Below, piece after piece: positions 27,535 through 39,607 of a DNA stretch of 64,000 bases. Location of the stretch: contig OX597818.1 in NCBI GenBank assembly GCA_951406725.2, positions 44,082,001 through 44,146,000 of the forward strand, read 5' to 3'. The translations under genes and the position numbers were made by a program. The notes below the pieces were generated by a model, which saw nothing but the letters and a program-made list of their open reading frames with translations, was not told the origin of the DNA and did no database searches. The stretch's first letter is position 1, and every line of letters starts with the position of its first letter. Source of the stretch: Octopus vulgaris (Eukaryota).

Positions 27535-28905
27535 GGATCTTTTCGGTTTCAACGGCAGTTTTTAACATAATTTCTAGGTAACTAAAAAATTTTTAACTTC
27601 GTCACCATGCATTACCCCTCTCTCGATATCCTACGTTCTACTTGCCTAGAACCTGTCCTCTGGACCACCCCTCCCACTGGTGCTCACCCCTCCCACTGGT
27701 GCTCCCCTATATTTCTGCATCCCCCCACCACCATTATAGGTGTCTACTCTTTGAACCCCCCTCTTCAATACGCTATTTCACCATGCATTACCCCTCTCTC
27801 GATATCCTACGTTCTACTTGCCTAGAACCTGTCCTCTGAACCACCCCTCCCACTGGTGCTCCCCTATATTTCTGCACCCCCCACCACCATTATAGGTGTC
27901 TACTCTTTGAACCCCCTCTTCAATACGCTATTCACCATGCATTACTCCTCTCTCGATATCCTACGTTCTACTTGCCTAGAACCTGTCCTCTGAACCACCC
28001 CTCCCACTGGTGCCCACCCCTCCCACTGGTGCTCCCCTATATTTCTGCACCCCCCACCATTATAGGTGTCTACTCTTTGAACCCCCTCTTCAATACGCTA
28101 TTTCACCATGCATTACCCCTCTCTCGATATCCTACGTTCTACTTGCCTAGAACCTGTCCCCTGAACCACCCCTCTGGTGCACCCCCCACCACCATTATAG
28201 GTGTCTACTCTTTGAACACCCCTCTTCAATACGCTATTTCACCATGCATTACCCCTCTCTCGATATCCTACGTTCTACTTGACTAGTACCTGTCCTCTGA
28301 ACCACCCCTCCCACTGGTGCTCCCCTATATTTCTGCACCCCCCCATAAAAAGCACCATCCGAACGTGGCCGATGCCAGACCCTCTGGCACCTGTGCAGGT
28401 GGCACGTAAAAAACACCCACTACACTCGCGGAGTGGTTGGCGTTAGGAAGGGCATCCAGCTGTAGAAACACTGCCAGACTAGACTGGAGCCTGGGGCAGT
28501 CCCGAGCTCCCCAGACCCCGGTCGAAACCGTCCAACCCGTGCTAGCGCGGAAAACGGACGTTAAACGATGATGATGATGATACTGGTAGAATGTGTTTAT
28601 AAAACATCTTTTTCTCTTGGCTTTATTGGGAAAATTCTATAGTTTGTAAGATATTTGTTGTTGTTTTTTCTTCAATTTCTGCAATTTCAACCAATCAGTG
28701 ATGTCTATTGAGTTAAAAAGCATTCTGTGCCATATGAATATGTCCCTCGATTAAGAAACAGATTGGGTTTATTTACATTTGTGAAGCAAAAAAGATACCC
28801 TTCCCCCAACCCTGAAAGAGATTGAAATGCAATAGGGTCATAACTATGGGTGACAATTTCATATGACACCGCTAGAAAAAACTGCTGTTCAAACCGAAAA
28901 GATCC
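27535..28905. mobile_element. Second copy of the same MITE (opposite orientation) with a ~980-bp insertion
   Basis: Same TIRs. Flanks gAATGGAGC / aAATGGAGC. Internal halves match 13445-13862. Confidence 0.85.
27603..28345 (+). repeat. Minisatellite of ~4.7 units of 136-176 bp, joined to an (ATG)n-tailed module (28346-28580)
   Basis: Units begin CACCATGCATTAC at 27603, 27779, 27933, 28104 and 28240, and are near-identical. Confidence 0.95.
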
Positions 28906-29824
28906 AAATGGAGCCTGTACATGTGTAGCTACTGCCTTTTGGGGTGAAATTTGAGTAAGAGTTTATCCTGGACTGTTGAGATGAGTTGTAAACTGGGGTC
29001 ATGAAATTTGTGTCTTAGAAAGAAATAGGATATGTGTGGTTGTGTAAGTGGTGATATATGGAATCTAGGTGGAGAGAAGTCCTTGGATGTCTGAGAAAAG
29101 GTGGGAGAATTGGCCAGGAGGTTTGGATCCGCTTTTTGCTTTACTATGCATTGTATGTAAACATAACCATTCAAATAGGGTTTATTCTCAATAATTACAA
29201 ATGGCTCTTTCCAATGTGCTTTATGAAATGGTTGTGAGCATATGGTAATATATTTTGGCATGAAATTCTTTGGGATAATGCCCAAAAAATAAACTAGTTT
29301 TAGAGTATAATCATTCACGTCATAAAAATTGGAGATACATTTTTACAATGATCATATACCATTACAGAACATTCATTTTCTTCTCATCCTAGCTTTAAAT
29401 TTTATTTATTGATGATTATGTTAAAATAAAAGTATCAACATGGGTAATTTATAATTTAATTTCATATTACCAGCTATTTAGTAATAGAATGGTTACGGTA
29501 GTCTTACTGAGAGTAATGGTAGGAAATAATGAATGAGATAACATTATGAGATGGTGTTTATTACAAGATGCAGTTTGTGAATCAATGATTTAAATTCTTA
29601 CAAATTCAAAAAGGTTAATGACATTTGTTATAGCTAAATAGTTATTGGAACGTACTACAATTTTACAATTCCTCATGTACTTTCTACTTTGGTTTTAGGT
29701 AATTCTTACACTGAAATTTTTACTCAGAAATTGCAAGACACCTGTGCTTATCCCACTGTCATACTTTAACCCTGCTAACAATCAACATAAAGCCACCTCT
29801 CCCCACTTGGCCTAGGGGTGGGGG

Positions 29825-30760
29825 TGGCCGATGCCAGCGTCGCCTCGATTGGCTTCCGTGCCAGTGGCACGTAAAATGCACCATCCGAACGTGGCCGATG
29901 CCAGTGCCGCCTTGATTGGCTTCCGTGTCGGTGGCACGTTAAAAGCACCAACTGATCGAGGCCGCTGCCAGACTCCCCTGGCACCTGTGCCAGTGGCACA
30001 TAAAAAGCACCCACTACACTCGCGGAGTGGTTGGTGTTAGGAAGGGCATCCAGCTGTAGAAACACTGCCAGATCAGACTGGAGCCTAGTGCAGCCTCCTG
30101 GCTTCCCAGACCCCGGTCGAACCGTTCAACCCGTGCTAGCGCGGAAAACGGACGTTAAACGATGATGATGAGTTACTTGGCGACCTCACTAGTGTCAGTG
30201 GTATGAAAAAAGAAGGGTGTCCAGCTACAGAAACCATGGCAAAGATGAGATTGGAGCATGATGCAGCTCTGTAGCTCACTGGAAACTGTTCAGCCTATAC
30301 CAGCATGGAAAATGGACATTAATAAATGATGATGATGATGATTAGCTGCATTAAGATCAAAAATAGTTTCTATGTAATGTTTTGCAACTTCTATATTTTA
30401 AATATATCTCATCCAGAACAATATGGCTGATGAAGGAAAATCTGACAGATTGATATACAATAAATAGTTAGTGTAGCACCATCTGATTGTGGCTGTTGCA
30501 AGCCTTGCTTGGCCCCCGTGCCGGTGGCACGTAAAAAGCACCATCTGATCGTGGCCGTTTGCCAGCCTTGTCTGGCATCTGTGCCGGCGGCACGTAAAAA
30601 GCACCCACTAAACTCACAGAGTGGTTGGCGTTAGGAAGGGCATCCAGCCGTAGAAACACTGCCACATTAGACTGGGCCTGGTGCAGCCTTCTGGCTTCCC
30701 AGACCCCAGTTGAACCGTCCAACCCATGCTAGCGCAGAAAACGGACGTATGATGATGATG
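29825..30760 (+). mobile_element. Two (ATG)n-tailed module copies (29825-30170 and 30477-30760)
   Basis: Core motif and GAT tails, separated by a duplicated ~305-bp segment. Confidence 0.9.
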
Positions 30761-31824
30761 AGTTACTTGGCAACCTCACTAGTGTCAGTGGTATGAAAAA
30801 AGAAGGGTGTCCAGCTACAGAAACCATGACAAAGATGAGATTGGAGCATGAAGCAACCCTGCGGTTCACTGGAAACTGTTCAACCTATACCAGCATGGAA
30901 GATGGACATTAATAAATGATGATGATGATGATTAGCTACATTAAGATCAAAAATAGTTTCTATGTATATTTTGCAACTTCTATATTTTAAATATATCTCA
31001 TCCAGAACAATATGGCAGATGAAGGAAAATCTGACAGATTGATATACAATAAATAGTTAGTGTAGTATTTCATGTGTGAGTCTGAATGAAGCCAGCTGAG
31101 GATAACTTTGCTTTCCATTCATTTGAGGCAGTGATAGTTGTTTGTGCAGAACGATACAAACCATACCTACCCTAACCTGCAGTATTTTCCCACACAAACA
31201 ACTCAAATGAATAAAAAGTACAGTCATCCTCAGCTGGCTTTAAATATTTCACAAATATGAAATACCAAACTAAATATTTACTGTATATATCAATCCTGCC
31301 CCCATCATTACAAAGCAACCCTCCACCCCCAATGGCCAAACCAAGGGAAGAGCAAGGATGGTAGATCAAAAACAATATGGAGGATGTCTACAGAAACTGA
31401 AGCATTGACAGGTGGCTACACCTGGGGACAACTGTAATTCATTGCCAAAGATTGAGATCTCTTGTTGGCATCCAATGCTCCACATGAAGTTAAAGAATTA
31501 AGAAGAAGGAAAAGAAAAAGAAAAGATGATGCTGGGATTCCACTGGCTTTTCAAATTGCTGGCACCATTTATCAGTCAGTCACAAGGTGAGGCAGGGATC
31601 TGAACTTATAACTCACAGAGCAGAAACGAAAAGGCATCCCGTCTAATGCCCTAACAATACTGCAAATCCACTGCTCTTAACTGGTATTTTTATCAATCCC
31701 AAAAGGACAGAAGGTAAAGTTGATCTTGGCAATTTATAGCCAGAGAGCCGAGTCATGACAAATACCATGAACCATTCTATTCAGCACTATAACAACACTG
31801 CCAATTCACCTATGATGATATACA

Positions 31825-32168
31825 TGCATCGCCTTACTGGCACTTGTGCCAGTGACACTTGAAAAAAAATTCGAGCAAGGTCATTGTCAGTGCTGCTGGA
31901 CTGGCTCCTGTGCAGGTGGCATGTAAAAAGCACCATTTGAGCATGGCCGTTGCCAGTACCGCCTGACTGGCCCTCGTGCCGGTGGCACGTAAAAAGCACC
32001 AACTACACTCTCGAAGTGGTTGGCGTTAGGAAGGGCATCCAGCTGTAGAAACTCTGCCAGATCAAGACTGGAGCCTGGTGCAGCCATCTGGTTTGCCAGT
32101 CCTAAGGTCAAATTGTCCAACCCATGCTAGCATGGAAAGCAGATGTTAAACGTTGATGATGATGATGA
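31825..32168 (+). mobile_element. (ATG)n-tailed module copy
   Basis: Core motif and GAT tail. Confidence 0.88.
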
Positions 32169-33432
32169 TTTATATATATATATATACACACACACAGAGC
32201 ACTGACATACACACATTATTAGAGGTGGATAACAAAATTCCAGGTTTGATTTCAATGTTTATGTCCCACTTACTTTTGCTAAAAATAAGAACTATTGTCA
32301 ATTAAAAATAAACTGTGTACTCAGAAGTCATATTTAAACAATAGATAAAAAAAAATATGACAAAATGAGAGGTCTTGAAAATTAAAACAATTTGCCTGTT
32401 GGCATTACAATGTTACTATAGCAACCACCAATATAATTCAGAGATAGACATTCATAGACCATAAGATAGGCTAATGCTATTATGGTTGCTAGAATGCTAG
32501 TTATGGTTGTCAAATTATAATCAAACTCTTTATATTGCTCTCGATGGGAAGTAACCAAGTAGTGATAATTAAAATCACTTAATTGGCATTTTCCTAACAT
32601 TTCAAGAGTTAATAACAGTAATTTAGAAACAAGAAGTCTTTAACTATTAGTAAGCTGCCCTTCACCTCCTCAGAATTATTCTGATATTGTTTGTGTTGCA
32701 GTAGAGGTTTGCCTTAAATTTATTCTTTTGAAAAAGCAACAATGGTTTTTATGATGTAAAATTAAGACAGAAGACATACCTTTTTTTTGAAGACGAAGCT
32801 AATCTCACACACATACATACACATATCCATAAAAATACAAACATGCAAATCTAATACACAACACATTAAAGTTATGGTAATTCCTGTTGCTCTATACAAA
32901 AAGACTTAATGAAAATGGGGCAAAGAGTTAAAATCTGAATTGCTAAGGGTGTTGATTATTAGGAAAAAAAAAACGTCTCAATCTGAAAATTCTTGACATA
33001 TTGTATTCATTCAGCTGATTTTAAAATGAAACAAGTTTCCTTAATTTCTGCTAAAGATAATGAAAGGCAATTTAAATGCATAAACAAGTTATTGAAATTA
33101 TTTTTCTGCTGCATGTCCTCTTTATAACATGGCCTCACGTATGAGCTCTTCTCTCTCACTATCAACTAGTGGCACTTTCCCAAAACAGTACAGCTCCAAA
33201 TCAGCTGTTATTTATATAGCACCAACATACTTAAGAAACTGTGCTAATACATTTCTCAATATTCTTTTCATTCCTCAATTTTTATCCACAGAAATGTCCG
33301 TTCTTCAGTCAATCTTCTAACATTTAAAGCTGAAAATCAATAAATCTAATCTTCAGTTATTTCACACACACACACATACATACAAAAAAAAAAAAAAGAA
33401 GCCCCCAAAACAAAAACAATCTATGGGTTCAC

Positions 33433-33458
33433 CATTTTCCATATCTGACAGCGATCAC
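33433..33458 (-). CDS. Candidate 26-nt internal exon (G)DRCQIWKM
   Basis: cattacttctag|GTGATC...AAAATG|gtgaac. Open in the phase left by exon 1. Splice-site pattern only. Confidence 0.15.
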
Positions 33459-35293
33459 CTAGAAGTAATGAATATCTCATTGTGAACAGCTATCCTCCAG
33501 TAAACAAAATTATACACACACATATGATATTAAACTTTCATTGTAATTAGTGAAACTGGTATGCTCTACTCAAAAACAAGTCTGCTCAACGGTGTGTATT
33601 TAATTGTCAATTACTCCCGGATTGATCTATTTATAGTTGTAAAAAAAACACCTTGTCTAAATAAAACACACACACACACACGAATACATCAACATTTAAT
33701 ACACACTTTTTCAGTGTGTGATATTTATTACTGTATACTATTATCCAACGTTTCCAACATGTTAGCTACAATGATAAACTTCTTTTCAAACATTCAATAG
33801 ATTTCTTTCCAATCTTTCAAATTGATTTATGAAAACTACTTTGCTTAATTGCTCAGAATAAGGACAAGAATACAGTGGAACGAAGTCTAAGGAGATATGT
33901 TGTCACTTTAGAAATAAAAATCAAAGGGTTGGAAAATTTGTATCATTTAGATTCTTGTAAAACTGATTAGCTTAGATATTTACCCCATACCCTAAGGGAA
34001 TATGTAATAAAAATTAATACATCTAATTCTATTTCTACCATCATATATATAAGTGAATACAAATTTGATACGTGCATTAAGTATGACTCACGCTAAATTA
34101 TAGATTGTAATGCCAAGAAAATTCTTGGCATTACAAAAAGACTCCCCCACCCCCAAGGAACAAAAACAAAACGGATAAAAAAAAAACTACTACCACAAAC
34201 AAGTTTTTATTAATGATATAAGCAATTTATAAAATATAGTTTCAGGTGTTAAAATTCGCCATTTTAAATAGCAATAAAGTATTTAATGTTTGAATAAAAC
34301 ACATAAGAAATGTACCCCCAGCACAAAACCCCTCCCCAAAAAACAAGCAAAAAATCTTTGGAATATAAGAGATATTTGAAGGGGGAGGGTGAGAAGACCA
34401 TCCGATTAACGAAGCTAATTAATTAAAACAATTGGATTAGAAATTATATTTCAACAGCTTTAGAATCACATATTTAGCAAATGTCAAAAGAGAATGTGTA
34501 ATATGTAAATAGGAAACTGATACTAAGCAAAAAGATATTGAAAACAACCGACTTCTCGGCACACTTCAGAGGCGTGGATGAACTTTTAGTTCACTTGCAT
34601 CACTATTTAACGGGGGAGGAAACAGTCTATAAACCACTGAAAAAACTTTCAGGCCATCCCTTACCCCAGACTATGGTAGGCAGGGGTTGAGTGGTGCTCA
34701 GACTCGTGCCATAGTACTTTTTTTTTTTCTTGAATGAATCAAGCTGAAAGTTAATCGACAACTTGCTGTGACACATTTTTTTTTCGTTTCATATAAAACA
34801 AGAGTGCGTGAGTGAAGTCCTAAAATAAACAATGACGCGGCTCGGCCCTCTTGTGATGTTTTGAACAAATGCTTACACGAATTAACAAAACGATGTGTAA
34901 ACAGTGTCTGTCGGCGAAGATGGCAGCGAACTTTGAAGTATTTGCAATCAAGCCTGTTTATATATATATACAACAATTTCGTTAAACGAAACTTAAACCA
35001 CATTCCACAGAAAATCGAACGAGATACCACTGTGTGAAATAAACTGAAGTTTACAGTGTAGCACAGTATGTTCTTATTGTCAGAAAAGTACCAAAGCAGC
35101 GAAGGTAGTCGTGGTATTATTTCCACCATATTTTCAAAATACGACAGTAATTAAAAAAACACTTTCACCGGAAAATTCCATATGGCGAGCAGAAGCTACG
35201 ATAAATAAACATTCGGAAAGTTCCGGCAAAATTATTTAGGGAAAAGCTGAATGAATTGAGAATTAAAATTAGATTTACATACACCATGAACAC

Positions 35294-35337
<44 letters not shown>

Positions 35338-36167
35338 GAAAGATTTCCTGCGCAGTTATTGAAGACAGTGTAAAAGAAAGTGTTTTATAGTAGAGAACTC
35401 TTTAAGTGTATAATTTACACATCTATAGTATTTCTTTTTTAACGTAAAGCCTCCAAATAATGAGTACAGTGTTTTAAGTCACGCTGTAAGTTTAATGAGG
35501 AAGAATAATAAAACTATGAATAGAATTTATTTGGTGTCAAATAAAAACACATCGAGGTATTTCTTATTCTTATTTTGTTAGGTAAAAAAAAACAACTTTA
35601 ACCTACTGCAAAAATTTGCAATTAGCATGGTTTAATTTTGCATCTGGTTGAAGCATTTTATTGTTTTTATTCATACGTGGTAAAAGGTACGTATCGAGAT
35701 TGTTGGAAGGGGCACAGTTAATGCATGGAATAAACAAAGATGAGGGCCTAGAATATATAGAGTTTAATTATATGATAGAAGCCGTCCATTAGGTAACAAC
35801 TTGAACAGTAAATCGAAATATGAAGCCGATTAGAGTAAAGGTAAAACGAAGGCAAGAAAGAAATGAAATAAAAATATACATGATAATGACTTTTTTTTAA
35901 AAAATTTTTAACCATGGCAAGTTTCGAAAATCTAATGTGTTAAAAGAATACACAAATAATAACTGTGTCGAAGGAGATATATTGAAGTATATATACATAT
36001 GGTTATATAAATATATATTAAAGAGGAGAATAATAATGTAAGGTGTAACGAAAGGAGAACTTCAGTTGAACTACGGAAAATAGGCACGAATAATGTTGAT
36101 GACGTAAACACAAGGGTCGAAATATCTCTCAGTAGAAATTGTAATAATGCTGCTATAATCTACCCAC

Positions 36168-37068
36168 CTTGCACGTTTGTTTGGTTTTTGTTGAGGGTTA
36201 TTCTTGACTGTTCGTGATCACCAGGTATAGGTATCGTCTCCAAAGGTACAGCCTGCGGACAGGTGGTTCGCGACAGTTGTCGCTCCACATTGTTGCTTTC
36301 CTCCATTCCTGCTTCAGATGTTTTGTTCCAACTCTGAGTGGTGTTCTGCTCGGCAATCTGTGAAGTAGAACGACCATCTGACGACAACGGTGGTTGTTTA
36401 ATGACAGGTTGTTGTTCTCTAGAATGTTCATGTTTTCCTTGTTGTTGCATAGCTGAAGTTAGTTCTACACCACCAGAATCGGGAGATCCAGGGTGATTAA
36501 CACTGACATGATTATTTGCATTATCAGACTTCTTACTCGTTTCCATTTCATTCGAAGTAGTATTTTTCATTATAGCTTTATTAGATTCCATAACGGGCTG
36601 CATTGATCCTAATCCTACCTCCAACAAGGGATTTTTATCGGGAACATTGTCATTTCCATCTTCATTTTTATTTATGTTACACTCGGATAGACGGTGGTCT
36701 AACGAGGAATCAGACCCTGCTGTATCTGAAGCAGTGAATGTTGATGGTGAGCCTGTTGTTGTGGTTGTTGTCAATGTAGTACTAGCGACTGTGTTGCTTG
36801 ACATGCACGATGTCGTGTTGTTGCTAGTTACATCGAAGCTCGAGACTTTAGCCTCGCTGTCTTTGCCATTTTCGCTAAGTACCGTGTCTACTGCAGCCGC
36901 GTTTGTGACAACAACACCACCACAATCGCAACTGCTGGTGCTCGACGTAGTCCTGTCGGTATTATCCTCCTTCGGAAAGGGACTACTGGTGGTGGGAGCC
37001 CCGGGACTGTCTGTTGTTGTGTTTGTTTGGGCTACGCCTCCGTGTACCACTTTCAATTGATCGTCCAT
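36168..37068 (-). CDS. First coding exon of an unidentified host gene (Ser/Thr/Asn/Gln-rich, likely disordered N-terminus)
   Basis: 302-codon ORF (MDDQLKVVHGG...TNVQG) in unique, CpG-retaining sequence. ATG context CAAATGG. Donor CAAG|GTGGGT just before the stop (phase 1). No domain recognised. Confidence 0.85.
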
Positions 37069-37410
37069 TTGCGTGCGAGGGATTGGTTCAGTCGCTCACA
37101 CACTTTATTGTGGCTTCCTTCCCTCCCAACACTCGCTCAACTTACCGCCGTTATATCAATAACGACAGCCATCACAAGATCTCACTCTCGTTCTCTCTCG
37201 CAAACACACGCGAGATTTCCCTTGGAATAGCAACTTTGCTCATTAAATTCGTTTGTTTACTAAGAAAATACGATCGTCACCAAATTATAAACTACCAAAT
37301 AATTACGACTTGTAATTATCTATATTTTGTTTCAGTTAACATTTAAACTGTTTTCTATCTATAGAATTTAATGAATAACTCTTTTATTTTGCATGCCACC
37401 TCCAATATGG
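37069..37410. promoter_or_regulatory. Putative divergent promoter and 5'UTR region
   Basis: 338 bp between ATG 37068 (-) and ATG 37407 (+). CpG retained locally. YY1-like CAATATGGCG overlaps the + strand ATG. Confidence 0.55.
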
Positions 37411-38512
37411 CGTCACAGTCAACAAGTGTTTTCATTGACAGGTAAGAAGGGCTTTTGTAGTAATTTTCAACTTCACTGTTTACTGATAATCATTTGGGAG
37501 TTTACAAAAAAAGTGTAAAAATACTCAGTCATAAAAATATTTGTTTGTCAATCCATAGGTGGTTTTTGGTATCATGATTTATGTGTCTTGGAATCAGGAC
37601 TCTGAAGTTATGTTGGTTGAGTAATAAGTTGCAGACCCTACGACCGGTCTTTGGACATGTTTACGTTACTATCAGAATGACTTTGTTTTTTTTATTTTCC
37701 AGATTGAATATGCATCAGGTTTCGGAAATTCCAGAAGAAGGCGATGATAGAAACTTCACTACTTGACATTGCACTCCTTATTCCCGAAGTAGAAAAGGGT
37801 AATCGAACATGATGATTCTGAAGATGATTCCACTGATCCAGTGAATGGTTTAGGAAGAAGTGAACTGCCGAGAAACTCAGTGTGATTTCGTGCCAAAAGG
37901 AACGAACGATGTCAATGAAGAGGAAACTGTAAGTATACCCAAATCTGTTAGTCAACAAAACAGATAAAAACCTGAAATGGGAGAAAAAAACTGTACCAGT
38001 ATTTGATATAAATGTATTTAACACTGTTTCGAAACCAGTGCCAGAATTTTTCATATTAAGTGAATTAGAGGCGGAAGTTTTTAAACTTATATTTGATAAA
38101 GCCATTTTCCCAGAATACCTCTCATGAAACTATCCTTTATGCTTATCAGAAAAACACCACCTTGAATGCATCTGATAATGAAATATGGATGATGTCTAGA
38201 GGACTTTTGCTATCTGGTGTTTCTAAATCTGCTAGTAAAAGGACCTATTCGTCACCTGAGAAAGACATTTAAGTTGATGGATTCTAATCCAATATAATCA
38301 TTTTGAAGATGTTCTGCATCTTATTTGAAGGATTATGCAAACAGCTTATCCAGTATAGAACCAATTTTAGATCACTTAGGAAAAAAGTTTCTTGAGCTGA
38401 AGACTTTGGATGAACATATTTCTCTCAATGAATACAGGATTTCTAATTTTGTTTGTTACTTTACCTAGCAACATTTTAGATTTGGGTTAGAAAAGTGTCT
38501 GTTCTGTTACTG

Positions 38513-38543
<31 letters not shown>

Positions 38544-39345
38544 GGAAAAGCAATTGGGTTCAACAAAAGTGTTGAAATCAAAAACTAGTAAATTAGATCA
38601 ATAAAGGAAATGTGCCAAAAAAAATCTGGATATAAAGTATATTTTGATAATTATTTTACCATCCTATGATCTTTTCATCCACTTATCGGAAATTGGTATT
38701 TGTGCATTAGGAACTATATATATGAGAAATTAGGTTTGGGAATTGCCCTTTTACCAAAAACTGTAGCATTGAGGAAGATGAAAGTAAGCACTGAGATTTC
38801 TTCAATGACCACTGTATTTGCAATAAAATAATGGCAATAATGTGCTCACCTTAGCAACAAAATGAAATTTGTCGATAATTGGCTGAACAAAACGATTTTC
38901 CCTGGAAAATCTCAGTGTACAAGTCCTTTAACCAGTTGCTATGAACCATTACAACTCCTTCGTGGGATGGAAGTGGATTAACTATCTCAATGGATAGCAA
39001 GACATACAAGAGGAAAAGGTGGTGGTGGCCAGTCTTCATTTATTTTCTTGATGTGACTGTAATGTCTGCTTGGTTACTTTGAAAGAAATCAAAGAACAGT
39101 ACAAATCCTCTTTTCCAGTTCTGATGGTGTTCAGCTGTTGCAGTTTTGAAGATCTATACGGATTTTGCATCCTATGGAGGAAGACATCAGTCTGCATGCA
39201 GTACAACTTTTCAGTTTACAGTGATGGCTTGACTCACAGGCTTCACTCAGAAATCAAAGATGTAGTGTTGCACTTGTAAATCCACATTTTCACCTTCAAA
39301 ATGTGATGTTAGTTCCATCCCAAATGTCAAAAAGTATACTAGACT
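37407..39345 (+). pseudogene. Decayed piggyBac/PGBD-like transposase gene with a 5' intron
   Basis: Frameshifted motifs in order: IEPILDHLGKKFLE..LDEHISLNEY (~38355-38435), GYKVYFDNYFT (~38628-38660), IGICALGT, NHYNSFVG..VD, KRWWWPVFIYFLDVTVMSAWLL (~39014-39080), and a Cys-rich tail (KCDV..HPKC). Exon 37407-37441 |GTAAG splices in frame to the ttttccag| acceptor at 37703. AATAAA at 39373 and 39417. Confidence 0.88.
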
Positions 39346-39607
39346 TGTTATGAACTAAAACAGATGTTTATCAATAAATGTTTTTTTTTTTGTGTGTGTG
39401 CTGAATATGTGTCTTAAATAAAATTTGTTTTATTTGAAATGTCTATTTTTATATCCAGACTGCATTGTGTCCTAAATAGACACTTTGTAACCAAAATTCT
39501 GTCAGTATTGAAACATTGAAAATTTGAAAGGTGGTCTTTATATGCAGCTGAACATAGATGGATGCTTTGTTAGAAGACTGAACACTGCAGTTTTCACCTT
39601 ATATGAA

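Larger units (their letters stand above)
25910..29130 (-). mobile_element. Highly degenerate CR1/Jockey-like LINE ORF2, split by a DNA element at 27535-28905
   Basis: Endonuclease-like IIFNDFSAHNSSWL and pre-RT ADILSA...LKHCTPGLALVFIKLF. Purine/pyrimidine skew continues on both sides of the insertion. Confidence 0.6.

Noticed and set aside
27603-28345. CRISPR array or repeat-protein ORFs
   Set aside because: Contiguous tandem units without unique spacers; frames shift between units.
36647-37060. 137-aa Val-rich + strand ORF
   Set aside because: Antisense shadow of the Thr/Ser-rich real exon.
37692-38105. 137-aa minus-strand ORF upstream of the host gene
   Set aside because: Antisense to the piggyBac relic; no independent support.
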